DNA of 64,000 bases. It comes from an uncultured virus (IMG/VR IMGVR_UViG_3300027229_000184) (Duplodnaviria; Heunggongvirae; Uroviricota; Caudoviricetes). Below, one piece after another: positions 28,103 through 38,186 of the stretch. The number at the start of each line of letters is the position of its first letter. Position 1 is the first letter of the stretch. The stretch lies in the IMG/VR virus record IMGVR_UViG_3300027229_000184; one strand, written 5' to 3'. The notes below the pieces were generated by a model. It was not told where the DNA came from. It was given only the letters and a program-made list of their open reading frames with translations, and did no database searches. A program made the position numbers and the translations under genes.

Positions 28103-28129
28103 CAAAAAAAGAGTTATATAATTTCTTTT

Positions 28130-28203
28130 AGTCTTGTAGCTCAGTTGGTTAGAGCATTCGCCTGATACGCGAAGGGTCACTGGTTCGAGTCCAGTCAGGA
28201 CTA
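28130..28203 (+). tRNA. tRNA-Ile(GAT)
   Basis: ttcgc-ctGATac-gcgaa. Confidence 0.92.
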
Positions 28204-28208
28204 CATAT

Positions 28209-28279
28209 TACCCCGTCGTCTAATGGCAGGACAAGTGGTTTTGGTCCACTTAATGGTAGTTCGAATCTATCCGGGGTAA
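28209..28279 (+). tRNA. tRNA-Gln(TTG)
   Basis: agtgg-ttTTGgt-ccact. Confidence 0.92.
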
Positions 28280-28298
28280 CAGCATGCCATGCAAGAAT

Positions 28299-28372
28299 TC
28301 CTTCTTAGCTCAGTTGGTTAGAGCATCTGACTGTTAATCAGAGGGTCGCTGGTTCAAGTCCAGCAGAGGGAG
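28299..28372 (+). tRNA. tRNA-Asn(GTT)
   Basis: tctga-ctGTTaa-tcaga. Confidence 0.93.
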
Positions 28373-28378
28373 CAATCT

Positions 28379-28412
28379 AGAGTCCAGGTTTACTTAAATC
28401 TGGACTCTTTTT
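28379..28412 (+). terminator. Terminator after tRNA cluster
   Basis: agagtccagg...tctggactct-tttt. Confidence 0.8.
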
Positions 28413-28467
28413 GTTTGAAACTTTTTACGATCTCATAGTATAATCAATACATTTAAAGGATTAACTG

Positions 28468-28851
28468 ATGAGAGACTTAAAGACTTTGAACACCCTAATC
28501 GATCGCATTCGTAGCGATTATCAATTTGATTCAAGCTCAGAAGATTACATGGGCTTTTTGAACTTAGATCCATCCCAGGATTGGACAACTCAGGAATACG
28601 ATGAAGTATCGTACATGGTTGAGAATGAGCCCGAATTATTGGATGATATTCTTGAAATGCGTGGTTTAGAGCTTCAAAGTTTTGGTCCAACTGAAGCTAT
28701 CTTTGTCTTAATTGAAGAGCCTTTTGCTAATTGGAATCAAGGTCGCACTCCAAACCAAGTTCAATACTCAGAAATGGTAGTCAACGCTATCCTTTCTTTA
28801 GCTGCGGCCGCCGCAATCGTAACGGTTCTTTACTCATTCTTTAACATATAA
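28468..28851 (+). CDS. Hypothetical protein with C-terminal TM segment
   Basis: ORF after promoter. Confidence 0.7.
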   Translation: MRDLKTLNTLIDRIRSDYQFDSSSEDYMGFLNLDPSQDWTTQEYDEVSYMVENEPELLDDILEMRGLELQSFGPTEAIFVLIEEPFANWNQGRTPNQVQYSEMVVNAILSLAAAAAIVTVLYSFFNI

Positions 28852-28855
28852 CATA

Positions 28856-29941
28856 ATGAAAAGTCATAAGTTTTTAGAAGCGTACTTAAATGCTTACGCT
28901 CCTGTTGCACAGGAAACAGAAGGTCAAAAGATGTGGATGCGTTACATTTCAGACTTTTCACATTCACTTCACATGGACGCATACGGCACTGGTTATGGTG
29001 TTTACCGTTGCGGTAAAGAAGGAGCCAAGAAAGTTGTGATTGAAGCACACTGCGATGAGATCTCATGGATCATTACACACATTGAAAAAGACGGCTACAT
29101 CCGCGTTCGTCACCATGGAGGTTCAGACAATATGATCGCCCCTTCTAAAACAGTTATCATTCATACGCACGACGGTCGACAGGTTAAAGGTGTGTTTGGT
29201 TGGCCTGCGATCCACACACGTACCGAACGTACTTCTAAAGGTTACGAACCGCATGAATTGTGGATTGATGTAGGTGTTTCTTCAGACGAGCAAGCTGCTG
29301 AATTGGGAGTTGAAGTTGGATGCTTGGCTACGTTCGATACACAATTCAGCATGATTGGAGATTACTACGTTGGCCGTTCGTTGGACAATAAGATTGGAGG
29401 TTATATTATTGCTGAGGTCCTAAAGCGCATGGCGCTTGATGGTGAGAAGTTGGATTTTGACCTGTACGTGGTTAACTCGGTTCAAGAAGAAGTTGGCTTG
29501 TACGGTGCAAAGAAGATTGCAAAAGAACTGCAAGCTGATTTGGCCCTAGTGCATGATGTTTGTCACAACGTGGCTCACCCAAAGATGGATAAAGCCAAGC
29601 ACGGACCAGTTGAAGGTGGTAAAGGTCCTTCATTAGAGTACACTTCACAGAATCACCGTGGCATTCTAAACAAGCTGAAAGAGGTTGCTAAAGCCAATGA
29701 GCTGCCATTACAACATCATGTTGGATCTTACGGCAACGACACGATGGCTTTCTTTTTGGAAAACACTCCAACTGCAATCTTGGCCTCACCGCTGAAGTAC
29801 ATGCACACCACAGTCGAGATGGTTCATCGAGATGACGTTGAAAACTGTATCAAGTTGTACATCGCATTCTTGAAAGATATTGACGACGAGTGGATCGATA
29901 ACATCAACAACCCCTTAAACACTGGTATCCTTGAACTCTAA
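28856..29941 (+). CDS. M42 family aminopeptidase
   Basis: EAHCDEI, SLDNKIG, VQEEVG, YMHT. Confidence 0.92.
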   Translation: MKSHKFLEAYLNAYAPVAQETEGQKMWMRYISDFSHSLHMDAYGTGYGVYRCGKEGAKKVVIEAHCDEISWIITHIEKDGYIRVRHHGGSDNMIAPSKTVIIHTHDGRQVKGVFGWPAIHTRTERTSKGYEPHELWIDVGVSSDEQAAELGVEVGCLATFDTQFSMIGDYYVGRSLDNKIGGYIIAEVLKRMALDGEKLDFDLYVVNSVQEEVGLYGAKKIAKELQADLALVHDVCHNVAHPKMDKAKHGPVEGGKGPSLEYTSQNHRGILNKLKEVAKANELPLQHHVGSYGNDTMAFFLENTPTAILASPLKYMHTTVEMVHRDDVENCIKLYIAFLKDIDDEWIDNINNPLNTGILEL

Positions 29942-29997
29942 TTACTATTACACTACCACGACATTTGGAGATGTTCCATTCGTTTATGTATTGACCA

Positions 29998-30366
29998 ATG
30001 ACAAGAATTAATACTGGCATCAAACCTGAAGAATTGCCCGATAAACTGTTATTGGCAGAACTTCGCGAGATCAAGCGTATTCCAAACGTCATTCGTCAGG
30101 GTAAGTACAATATGAATGGTATTCCTGAAGAATTCACACTCGGCCAAGGTCACGTCAAATTCTTCTATAATAAATTAGAGTACCTGTTGAATCGTTACAA
30201 CTCTCTTAGATGGGAGGCCCTGTACCGTGGATTTAACGTCAGTGATTGGACTGATGCCTGGAACGGTGTGCCAGATGAACTGATGAACGATTACGTTGAA
30301 ACAAAGCGAGATCGAGAGATACTATTAGAAAGAATAGCCGAAAAGGGCTTTGAATTAAGAAAGTAA
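29998..30366 (+). CDS. denV: Pyrimidine-dimer DNA glycosylase (T4 endonuclease V-like)
   Basis: MTRIN...LLAE.REI.RI...F.LG.GHVKFFYNKL.YL. Confidence 0.92.
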   Translation: MTRINTGIKPEELPDKLLLAELREIKRIPNVIRQGKYNMNGIPEEFTLGQGHVKFFYNKLEYLLNRYNSLRWEALYRGFNVSDWTDAWNGVPDELMNDYVETKRDREILLERIAEKGFELRK

Positions 30367-30695
30367 TGGTCACAATCATGTTAATTGCCATCACGGCAAC
30401 AGGAATCGCAATGTACGTTATTGCAACTCAGAATAGAATTGGTAAGCGTTTGTTTAGATTTGAATTTCATTGCCCTGAAACGGGTAGAAGGTCAGTCTAT
30501 CATGTTCGTTCTGAAGGTTTTACAGCAGCGTATGAAGCAGCTAAAGAGGCTGTTAACCTTCAACACTCTGAAAACAATTTTGAGTGTAAGATCGCAGTGG
30601 AGTTGAACGCTGAAACTGAAGAGCCCATTTCGGCTAACATGGTTGACATTCTTCAGAGTTTAGAATCAGTCGAGCGAGTAGAGATTGAAGCATGA
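30366..30695 (+). CDS. Hypothetical protein with N-terminal TM segment
   Basis: Coupled ORF. Confidence 0.65.
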   Translation: MVTIMLIAITATGIAMYVIATQNRIGKRLFRFEFHCPETGRRSVYHVRSEGFTAAYEAAKEAVNLQHSENNFECKIAVELNAETEEPISANMVDILQSLESVERVEIEA

Positions 30696-31117
30696 AAGAA
30701 TTGAAAATAGTTGGCATCACTGCATCTACGTTTGACCTGTTTCATGCAGGGCACGTTAAAATGCTTGAAGAAGCTAAGCAGCATTGTGATTATCTGATCA
30801 TTGCTCTTCAGACGGATCCTACGATTGACCGTCCTGAAAAGAATAAACCAGTGCAATCTATCGTTGAAAGGTATATTCAAGTAGATGGTTGTAAGTGGGT
30901 TAACGAGATCATTCCTTATGCAACCGAAAAAGATCTTGAAGACATTCTAGCAAGCTTTAAAATTGATGTTAGAATTTTAGGTGAAGAATATCGCGAAAAA
31001 GAATTCACAGGCCGACAGATTTGTAACAATCGCGGTATTGAATTAATTTTTAACAAAAGAGATCACTCTTTTTCATCATCCGAATTACGTAAAAGAGTTG
31101 CTGAAAGGGAAGGTTGA
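30692..31117 (+). CDS. tagD: Glycerol-3-phosphate cytidylyltransferase-like
   Basis: TFDLFHAGH, ER, R.HSFSSS. Confidence 0.85.
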   Translation: MKELKIVGITASTFDLFHAGHVKMLEEAKQHCDYLIIALQTDPTIDRPEKNKPVQSIVERYIQVDGCKWVNEIIPYATEKDLEDILASFKIDVRILGEEYREKEFTGRQICNNRGIELIFNKRDHSFSSSELRKRVAEREG

Positions 31118-31127
31118 TAAATAATCT

Positions 31128-32048
31128 ATGAACTTAAACTTTTCTCAATTTCTAAAACATCCGTTCAAAGAAGTTCTATTGAACATGGTTAAATTGTTTA
31201 GGGCTGAAAGGCACTATTCAAATTACAAAGGTGAAGAACGTAAGGTTCAAGCACCTGAAGGTTATGATAAAGTGTTTTCAGATTACTTCTTAACACGCTT
31301 GAACAAAGATGAGTGGCGTTATGCAATGCCATGGGGAGACTTTCACCCGGGTTCTTTACACCAATACTATGATAACGATGGAACGCTAAGTTACATTGAT
31401 ACTCGAGGTCTGGTGTTGGCCCTTAAAAACACTCCTAAGACTTGGAAAAAGTCTGATCTTCCAAGTTGGAGACAGAATGAGTCGATGCCAGAAGAATTTA
31501 CAATTCCAACTGGCGTTGGTTTTGTTTCTTCAAAGCAGGTTTGGCAATACGGTTGGTTTGAAGCATGGATTCAACTTCCAGAAGGACAGTCATATTGGCC
31601 TGCATTCTGGTTTTCAGGTTATGATACATGGCCACCTGAAATTGATGTCTTTGAAGGATACTCTCACATGGGCCCAAAATACGATTCATACACTCTATTA
31701 GATCGTTGGTTTAAAAGGCCTAATAGAAGAATTAGGCCTAACATTCATTATGGTCAAATAGAACAAAATAACAAAGAAGATTATTCATCTTACGATGTTC
31801 CAGTTGCAGATGCAACCAAAAGATTGGTCCAATATGTTTGTCACTGGGAAAAGGATTTTATTAGAATTTACTACGATGGTCTATTGATTTTTGAAACAAA
31901 ATCACATAACGTACTACAATGGTTCAATAGAGCTGACGCAAGACAGTATGTTATTTTCAATCACGGTCTTCACATGGACTATCCTGAAAACCCTGATGAA
32001 AGTGAAATGATCATTCGTAGCTTTAACGTATATCAAAAACAAGATTAA
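31128..32048 (+). CDS. Glycoside hydrolase family 16
   Basis: YG.FEA...WPAFW...WPPEIDVFE. Confidence 0.88.
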   Translation: MNLNFSQFLKHPFKEVLLNMVKLFRAERHYSNYKGEERKVQAPEGYDKVFSDYFLTRLNKDEWRYAMPWGDFHPGSLHQYYDNDGTLSYIDTRGLVLALKNTPKTWKKSDLPSWRQNESMPEEFTIPTGVGFVSSKQVWQYGWFEAWIQLPEGQSYWPAFWFSGYDTWPPEIDVFEGYSHMGPKYDSYTLLDRWFKRPNRRIRPNIHYGQIEQNNKEDYSSYDVPVADATKRLVQYVCHWEKDFIRIYYDGLLIFETKSHNVLQWFNRADARQYVIFNHGLHMDYPENPDESEMIIRSFNVYQKQD

Positions 32049-32049
32049 A

Positions 32050-32634
32050 ATGCAAGTAAGCGCAATAGTTGTCGACGATTTTTATAATGACGTAGATGCC
32101 GTTAGAGAAATGGCTCTAGGTATGGAATTTGGTGTTCGAGGTAATTACCCAGGCCAACGCACCGTACAGGTTTATAACGAAGGAGTTAAAAACTTAATTC
32201 AGGCTATCATTTCTCCTTACGCTGGTAAAATCACAGCATGGGAACAGTATGAATATACTGGTGCGTTTCAATACACCACACAAAGGGATCGTTCGTGGAT
32301 TCACGCCGATCAAACCACTAAATGGGCAGGAGTTTGTTACTTAACACCCGATGCTCCACTTTCAGGTGGAACGGGTCTTTTCCGCCATAAGGCGACGGGT
32401 TGGACAACCGCCCCTCGAAAAGATGACGGATCTTATAACGAAGAAGGTTTAGCCCTAATTGGCCAAGATTCACAGGACATGACGAAGTGGGAAATGACCA
32501 ACTTCGTTGGTAACGTATACAATCGATTGATCCTTTACCCGGGAGATTTATTTCATACTTCGCTTGACTACTTCGGTAAGGATATGTATGATGGTCGTCT
32601 GTTCCAAACATTCTTCTTCGACACTCAGCACTAA
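32050..32634 (+). CDS. 2OG-Fe(II) oxygenase-like (DUF6445-type)
   Basis: IVVDDFY, YPG.R, WIHAD, YNRLILY...FH, RLFQTFF. Confidence 0.75.
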   Translation: MQVSAIVVDDFYNDVDAVREMALGMEFGVRGNYPGQRTVQVYNEGVKNLIQAIISPYAGKITAWEQYEYTGAFQYTTQRDRSWIHADQTTKWAGVCYLTPDAPLSGGTGLFRHKATGWTTAPRKDDGSYNEEGLALIGQDSQDMTKWEMTNFVGNVYNRLILYPGDLFHTSLDYFGKDMYDGRLFQTFFFDTQH

Positions 32635-33519
32635 ATGGGACTTGTTGAAAACGTAGGTAACACTCCAATGATCAAATTGGAGGAGGCTGATTTGACCGTA
32701 TGGGGCAAAGCAGAATTCATGAACCCTGGTGGATCAGTTAAAGATCGTCCAGTTCTTCATATTATTCAACAAGCCGAGAAATCAGGGCAATTGAAGAAAG
32801 GTGATACAATTTGCGAGGCAACTTCAGGTAACACTGGCATTGCATTTGCAATGTTTGCAGCCCACCTCGGATACAAGTGCGTGATTGTGATGCCAAGTAA
32901 CATGAGCGAAGAACGTAAGAAAATGTTCCAGGTTTATGGCGCTAAACTGATTGAAGTTGACGCAGGTAATTTTGACCTGGCGATTCAAACCCGAAACGAG
33001 TTGTGCGAAAAGAATGGATGGTTTAATGGTAACCAATTTCATTCTGAATGGAACATTGAAGCGCATTACAACACTACTGGTTTAGAAATAGTTGAGCAGC
33101 TAAAAGCCGAGGGTGTAACACCTGACGTATTCATTCTTGGAACTGGAACCGGTGGAACTCTGATGGGAGCAAGTAAGCGTATCAAAGAGACTTTTCCAAA
33201 CATCAAGATTGTGGCAATTGAACCCGCTGAATCTCCAGTTATGAGTGGTGGTCAACCAGGTTTACATGGAATTCAAGGCATTGGCGACGGTTCAAAATTC
33301 TTGGTTGATCTAAATGAAGTTGACCAAGTTGTCACTGTTCCAACCGATTGTGCAATTCAGCATGCAATGTACTTAGCAAAAACACAAGGTCTTTTCTTAG
33401 GCATTTCAGCTGGTGCAAACGTTAGAGGAGCTTTTGAATGGCTCCGAGATAATGATTACAAGAATGCAGTTACCATTCTTTGTGATCGAGGCGAAAGGTA
33501 CTTTAGTAATTTTATATGA
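32635..33519 (+). CDS. cysK: Cysteine synthase (PLP-dependent)
   Basis: KAEFMNPGGSVKDR, TSGNTG, GTGGT, IQGIG. Confidence 0.93.
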   Translation: MGLVENVGNTPMIKLEEADLTVWGKAEFMNPGGSVKDRPVLHIIQQAEKSGQLKKGDTICEATSGNTGIAFAMFAAHLGYKCVIVMPSNMSEERKKMFQVYGAKLIEVDAGNFDLAIQTRNELCEKNGWFNGNQFHSEWNIEAHYNTTGLEIVEQLKAEGVTPDVFILGTGTGGTLMGASKRIKETFPNIKIVAIEPAESPVMSGGQPGLHGIQGIGDGSKFLVDLNEVDQVVTVPTDCAIQHAMYLAKTQGLFLGISAGANVRGAFEWLRDNDYKNAVTILCDRGERYFSNFI

Positions 33520-33968
33520 TATATTGGTTCACTGGACAACCATCACACGGTAAGACCGTACTAGCAGACAGATTAAAGAAATTCATTATCGATCACGGAA
33601 CTCCTGAAGATCAGGTTTTCAGAATTGATGGTGATGAAATGAGAGATTTGTTTACAAACAAAGACTATTCTATGAATGGTCGAATTAAGAACATCGATGC
33701 AGCTCAAAAGATTGCTCATTACCTGCATAATCAAGGTAAGATTGTGATCGTATCATTAGTATCTCCATACCTAGATCAACGAGAAGAGTTTAAGCAGGTG
33801 ATTGGAGATGGAATGATTGAATTCTACGTCCACACTACTGAATCTCGAGAAAGAGATCACTTTGCGGTCAAGGGTTACCAACCGCCCCAACAAAACTTCG
33901 TAGATGTCGACACAACTGACGACATACCTTCACAAACTCTAACTAAAATCTTAGAGGCCATTAGATAG
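33516..33968 (+). CDS. cysC: Adenylylsulfate (APS) kinase
   Basis: WFTG...GKT, IDGDEMR, R..NI, VSLVSPY, YQPP. Confidence 0.88.
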   Translation: MIYWFTGQPSHGKTVLADRLKKFIIDHGTPEDQVFRIDGDEMRDLFTNKDYSMNGRIKNIDAAQKIAHYLHNQGKIVIVSLVSPYLDQREEFKQVIGDGMIEFYVHTTESRERDHFAVKGYQPPQQNFVDVDTTDDIPSQTLTKILEAIR

Positions 33969-34013
33969 GATTGTAAATCCATTAGATAGACACACAGGAT
34001 TTAATTTTATAAT

Positions 34014-34400
34014 ATGAAATACATTACAAAAGCAGACAAGCCCTCAAAAGATGGATGGGCACTTTACATTGGTCGTTGGCAGCCATGGCATGGAGGTCAC
34101 AGATGGTTAATTGACCAACAGTTGGGACAAGGTAACAAAGTTTGGATCGCCATTCGAGATATGGAACCAGACGAGAAGAACCCATTCGCTGCATCACAGG
34201 TTCAAATGAACATTGAAACCGAATTGTATGATCTAATGGAACAGGGCAAAGTGATTGTGACGGTTATTCCAGATATTTCATCGATCAATTTCGGTCGAGG
34301 TGTGGGATACGATGTAGTTGAACACGTTCCACCGACAGAAGTTGGTGAAATATCTGCCACCAAGATCAGACAGGAAATGAAGAAACGAGGAGAGTTATGA
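34014..34400 (+). CDS. Small HxGH nucleotidyltransferase
   Basis: IGRWQPWHGGH, GRGVGY, ISATKIR. Confidence 0.8.
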   Translation: MKYITKADKPSKDGWALYIGRWQPWHGGHRWLIDQQLGQGNKVWIAIRDMEPDEKNPFAASQVQMNIETELYDLMEQGKVIVTVIPDISSINFGRGVGYDVVEHVPPTEVGEISATKIRQEMKKRGEL

Positions 34401-34594
34401 GCAAAGATAAAATTAGACACATACTGAAGACAATCTCATGGAGAATCATCGGTACCTTAGATACCATTTTTCTGAGTTGGTTGGTCACCGGAGAGTTTAG
34501 TACAGGTTTAGCCATCGGTATGATCGAAATAGTTACGAAATCCATATTATACTATGCACATGAAAGAGCGTGGTACAATTGGATTCGTTTGTAA
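34397..34594 (+). CDS. DUF2061-type membrane protein
   Basis: KTISWRIIGT...LYYAHERAW. Confidence 0.85.
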   Translation: MSKDKIRHILKTISWRIIGTLDTIFLSWLVTGEFSTGLAIGMIEIVTKSILYYAHERAWYNWIRL

Positions 34595-34637
34595 ACTCTT
34601 TCAAAGTGCGGTATATAAAATAAAAAGCGTTGGAAAA

Positions 34638-34904
34638 ATGTATCGCGAAAGAATTGATGTCAGAACGGGTGCAGCACCATGGGTCTTAAAAATTGAATTT
34701 GGAGATGGAGAGATTATGGCTCTTCGTTATCAAGATTTCAATAGATGTCTTGAATTCATGAATTTGGTAGATGATTATTTTGGCAAGGAAGTTCGTCTTT
34801 GCCTAATGTCTAATATTGAATTCAAAACTCAAGCCCTTGAGAGAGGACATGAGGAATGGATTGACTTAATTGAGGACGTAGAAGATGCCGAAATGGAATT
34901 TTGA
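34638..34904 (+). CDS. Hypothetical protein
   Basis: Start after promoter 34592-34618. Confidence 0.65.
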   Translation: MYRERIDVRTGAAPWVLKIEFGDGEIMALRYQDFNRCLEFMNLVDDYFGKEVRLCLMSNIEFKTQALERGHEEWIDLIEDVEDAEMEF

Positions 34905-35070
34905 AGATATTGGAAACGAGACCCACTGTTCAAAATGTGGATCTTCTGATTATCATGAAACACATTCAGGTGTTCTAAAATGTGATGTTTGCGGATCAGT
35001 TATCTTAGAGCAAGGTAAGGTTCGTAGTCGCAAGGGAAAGAACATCAAGAAGGCCCGGTTTCGTGAATAA
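34885..35070 (+). CDS. Zinc-ribbon protein
   Basis: CSKC...CDVC. Confidence 0.65.
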   Translation: MPKWNFEDIGNETHCSKCGSSDYHETHSGVLKCDVCGSVILEQGKVRSRKGKNIKKARFRE

Positions 35071-35088
35071 ATACCTTGCATTTCACCC

Positions 35089-35153
35089 TAGAGGGGAAAT
35101 AACATTGGAGTCGAAAGCCGAGTGGGTGGGAGCCCCTAACAATGTCCCCTCTA
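35089..35153 (+). ncRNA. Candidate small structured RNA
   Basis: tagagggga/tcccctcta and acattg/caatgt nested stems enclosing short hairpins; upstream GAATAAATA. Confidence 0.5.
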
Positions 35154-35202
35154 ATCTAAACTTTTCAGTTTTTTGTAGTATAACCCTGTAAATAGATTCA
35201 AT

Positions 35203-36513
35203 ATGATCAAAGTAGGGTTACCCTCTGCACTTATTTATGGTTGGGATCGAGTTGGTGAGCATCGTTTATTGACATCACTCTATCATGAAGAAAACCTTCA
35301 GGAGAATGTTCTGTGTTATTCGTATCCAGACTCTTCTTCATTTGCTGAGGATTTTGCTCGCCATCGACCTGATGTTATTGTTACCATCGGCGGTAATCGA
35401 CAGGATTGGACACAACTTGTGTCTCGCATCAATGAAACTTTTATCACCACTAAGTGGTGTCATTATAGTCAACTACCTGTTGATTTTCAACTTGCAAACG
35501 ATATTGTTTCACATGCAACTAATTGGGCTTGCTTTTCATTAGACAAGGTTTTTGATGATCCAAATCGACCTTATTTTTCAGTTTTCACAGGTGCTTATAA
35601 GACGGGAGATAGATTGTATCGAACTTACGAAGGTATTAAAAATCAAACCTATCCCAATTGGGAATGGATCGTAATTGATGATTCTCCAGAAGATCACACT
35701 GAAACATGGACCATTCTACAAGAATTGGCCAAAAAAGACTATCGAGTTAGACCTTATAAGATAACTCCAATTTCTGGCGGTAATATCGGTGAAGTTAAAA
35801 ATAGAGCATGTTCAATGGCCAATGGAAACTGGTTCGCTGAACTAGATCATGATGACTTTTTCTTACCAGAATTGTTTGCTGAAACCATAAAGGCCATCAA
35901 TCAATATCCTGACGCTGGTTTTGTCTACACTGACGTCGCAGAACCATTTGAAGACGGTGAAATGAGAAAGTACACTAGCACCATTGGACCTGAAGAGTAT
36001 TGGTATGCACACCCTGAAAACGGATTTGTATGGGGATATGGTGGTCACGAATGGGTTGAATGGAATGGTACTGAATACCTGTGTCACTCATATCCTGACA
36101 TCAATCCCAGAACTATTCGATTCAACATTGGTATGCCAAACCATGCTCGAATCTGGCGTAAAGACGTGTACAATAAAATTGGAAAGCATAATCGATTCAT
36201 TTCTGTGGCTGATGATTTTGAGTTAATCATTAGAACGTTTCTAGAAACAAAAATGATTCACATCAAGAAAATGTTGTACTTACAGTACAATAATCGTAAC
36301 TCAACGGTTGATAACAATGCAACTGACATTAATAGAAAATCACGTTTGATTCGAGACCATTATAACCAACAGATTCACAATCGAATCGAACAACTCGGCT
36401 GTGTAGATTGGGATTGGAACGAAGAAACCAAAACTTCAACTCTATTTCAAATCGTCACGCCTAATCAAAAGTATTTTGAAGAAGAACAAAAGCTTAATTA
36501 CATTTACAAATGA
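35203..36513 (+). CDS. Glycosyltransferase family 2
   Basis: QTYPNWEWIVIDDS, ELDHDD, ADDFEL. Confidence 0.9.
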   Translation: MIKVGLPSALIYGWDRVGEHRLLTSLYHEENLQENVLCYSYPDSSSFAEDFARHRPDVIVTIGGNRQDWTQLVSRINETFITTKWCHYSQLPVDFQLANDIVSHATNWACFSLDKVFDDPNRPYFSVFTGAYKTGDRLYRTYEGIKNQTYPNWEWIVIDDSPEDHTETWTILQELAKKDYRVRPYKITPISGGNIGEVKNRACSMANGNWFAELDHDDFFLPELFAETIKAINQYPDAGFVYTDVAEPFEDGEMRKYTSTIGPEEYWYAHPENGFVWGYGGHEWVEWNGTEYLCHSYPDINPRTIRFNIGMPNHARIWRKDVYNKIGKHNRFISVADDFELIIRTFLETKMIHIKKMLYLQYNNRNSTVDNNATDINRKSRLIRDHYNQQIHNRIEQLGCVDWDWNEETKTSTLFQIVTPNQKYFEEEQKLNYIYK

Positions 36514-38186
36514 ATAACATAGTAATGGGAATCTCGATTGGTCACAATCGAGGAGCTGCAATCACAATCAACGGAGATCTTAAAGTTGCAATCAGCAATG
36601 AAAGAGTTACTCGCATTAAAACTGATCATTCCGATAGTTTACCACTAGAATCAATGAGATATTGTCTAGAGGCATTAAACCTGGAGTATAAAGACATAGA
36701 TGCGTTTATCTATAACACCACCGAAGACATCAATAGGGCTCCAGAAGAGTTTGAGATTGAAACCGGTATGTCAAGAGACAGATTAAACTTTGTTCCTCAC
36801 CATCTGGCTCATGCCTATTCAACTTTCTGTGCTTCTGACTTTGATGAGGCTGCAGTTGTAGTTGCAGACGCAATGGGATCAGTTTATAATGACGAAACCC
36901 CAATTAAAGATTGGTTTAAGGTCGATGAATCAGGGTTGAATCCAGGAGAACATTTAGCAGAAGGTTACTCAATTTATCATTTTTCAAGAAAAGATCAAAC
37001 CATCAATCAATCATATTGTAAGTGGGTGGTTTATCCTTTTAGAGAAGGAGATCCTGAAGCTGAAACATCAATTGGTCATAAATATGGAATGGGTTCAAAG
37101 CAACTTGTATATAACCCCGTTCACAATACGTGGCAAGCTGGAAAGTTAATGGGGCTTGCATCTTATGCTAATAAGGAGTGGGTTGATTCCCACCCGATTC
37201 AAACGAGATTTGAAGATGAAGATATGTACGTTATGGTGCAGACCTTTTATCCCGAAGTAACATGGCAATCAAACTTTCAACAAAAGGCTAACGTTGCAGG
37301 CCTCTATCAGCGTGAACAGGAATTGTCGTCCCTTCACCTTGCAAAGATGGCAAAGAAAATAACCAATTCAAATAACATTTGTGTAGCTGGCGGATCTTTC
37401 TTAAATTGTAACACTAATGAGCTTATTATTAGAGAAGGTATTTACGATAATGCATACTTCATGCCTCCTGCTGATGACAGTGGTATTCCCATCGGCTGTG
37501 CATATTACGGTTCGCATGTATTGATGGGTAAAATTCCAACTTCTGAAGGATGGATGACAGCGTATCTTGGAAAAACATATACTGAACAAGAAATCAATGA
37601 TGCAATTGACCTTTATTCTTCTTCAATTAATGTAATAAAACTTGAAGAAGATGAAATGGTAGATACTGTTGCTAATTTATTGAATGAAAATAGAGTCATC
37701 GGATGGTTTCAGAAGGGTTCCGAAATGGGTCCACGTGCTCTAGGTTGTCGTTCAATCTTGGCCTCACCAAAACAGGCTTGGATGCCACAGTACATTAATA
37801 GTGAAATCAAACTCAGGGAATGGTATCGCCCATTTGCGCCTTCGGTGCTATATGAAAAACAGGCCGAAATCTTCGAACTTGATACGTATTCTCCATACAT
37901 GCTGGTTACCACTGAAGTTAAACCAGAATGGAGAAGCAAGATTCCAGCAGTTACTCACATTGACGGAACTGCCCGCTATCAATCAGTTACACCAGATAAC
38001 AATCCAAAATATCACAAGCTAATCAGTAAATTCAATGAAGTGTCAGGCGTTCCAGTCGTGTTGAACACTTCATTCAATGGACCTGAAGAACCTATCGTTG
38101 AAACTCCTACCAATGCAATAAATACGTTCCTAAAAAGAAACTTATACGCATTGGTGCTTAATAATTATCTAATTACTCGAAAATGA
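36510..38186 (+). CDS. Carbamoyltransferase (NodU/CmcH family)
   Basis: ERVTRIK, HHLAHA, GKLMGLA, GPRALG.RS, RPFAP, LNTSFN. Confidence 0.93.
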   Translation: MNNIVMGISIGHNRGAAITINGDLKVAISNERVTRIKTDHSDSLPLESMRYCLEALNLEYKDIDAFIYNTTEDINRAPEEFEIETGMSRDRLNFVPHHLAHAYSTFCASDFDEAAVVVADAMGSVYNDETPIKDWFKVDESGLNPGEHLAEGYSIYHFSRKDQTINQSYCKWVVYPFREGDPEAETSIGHKYGMGSKQLVYNPVHNTWQAGKLMGLASYANKEWVDSHPIQTRFEDEDMYVMVQTFYPEVTWQSNFQQKANVAGLYQREQELSSLHLAKMAKKITNSNNICVAGGSFLNCNTNELIIREGIYDNAYFMPPADDSGIPIGCAYYGSHVLMGKIPTSEGWMTAYLGKTYTEQEINDAIDLYSSSINVIKLEEDEMVDTVANLLNENRVIGWFQKGSEMGPRALGCRSILASPKQAWMPQYINSEIKLREWYRPFAPSVLYEKQAEIFELDTYSPYMLVTTEVKPEWRSKIPAVTHIDGTARYQSVTPDNNPKYHKLISKFNEVSGVPVVLNTSFNGPEEPIVETPTNAINTFLKRNLYALVLNNYLITRK

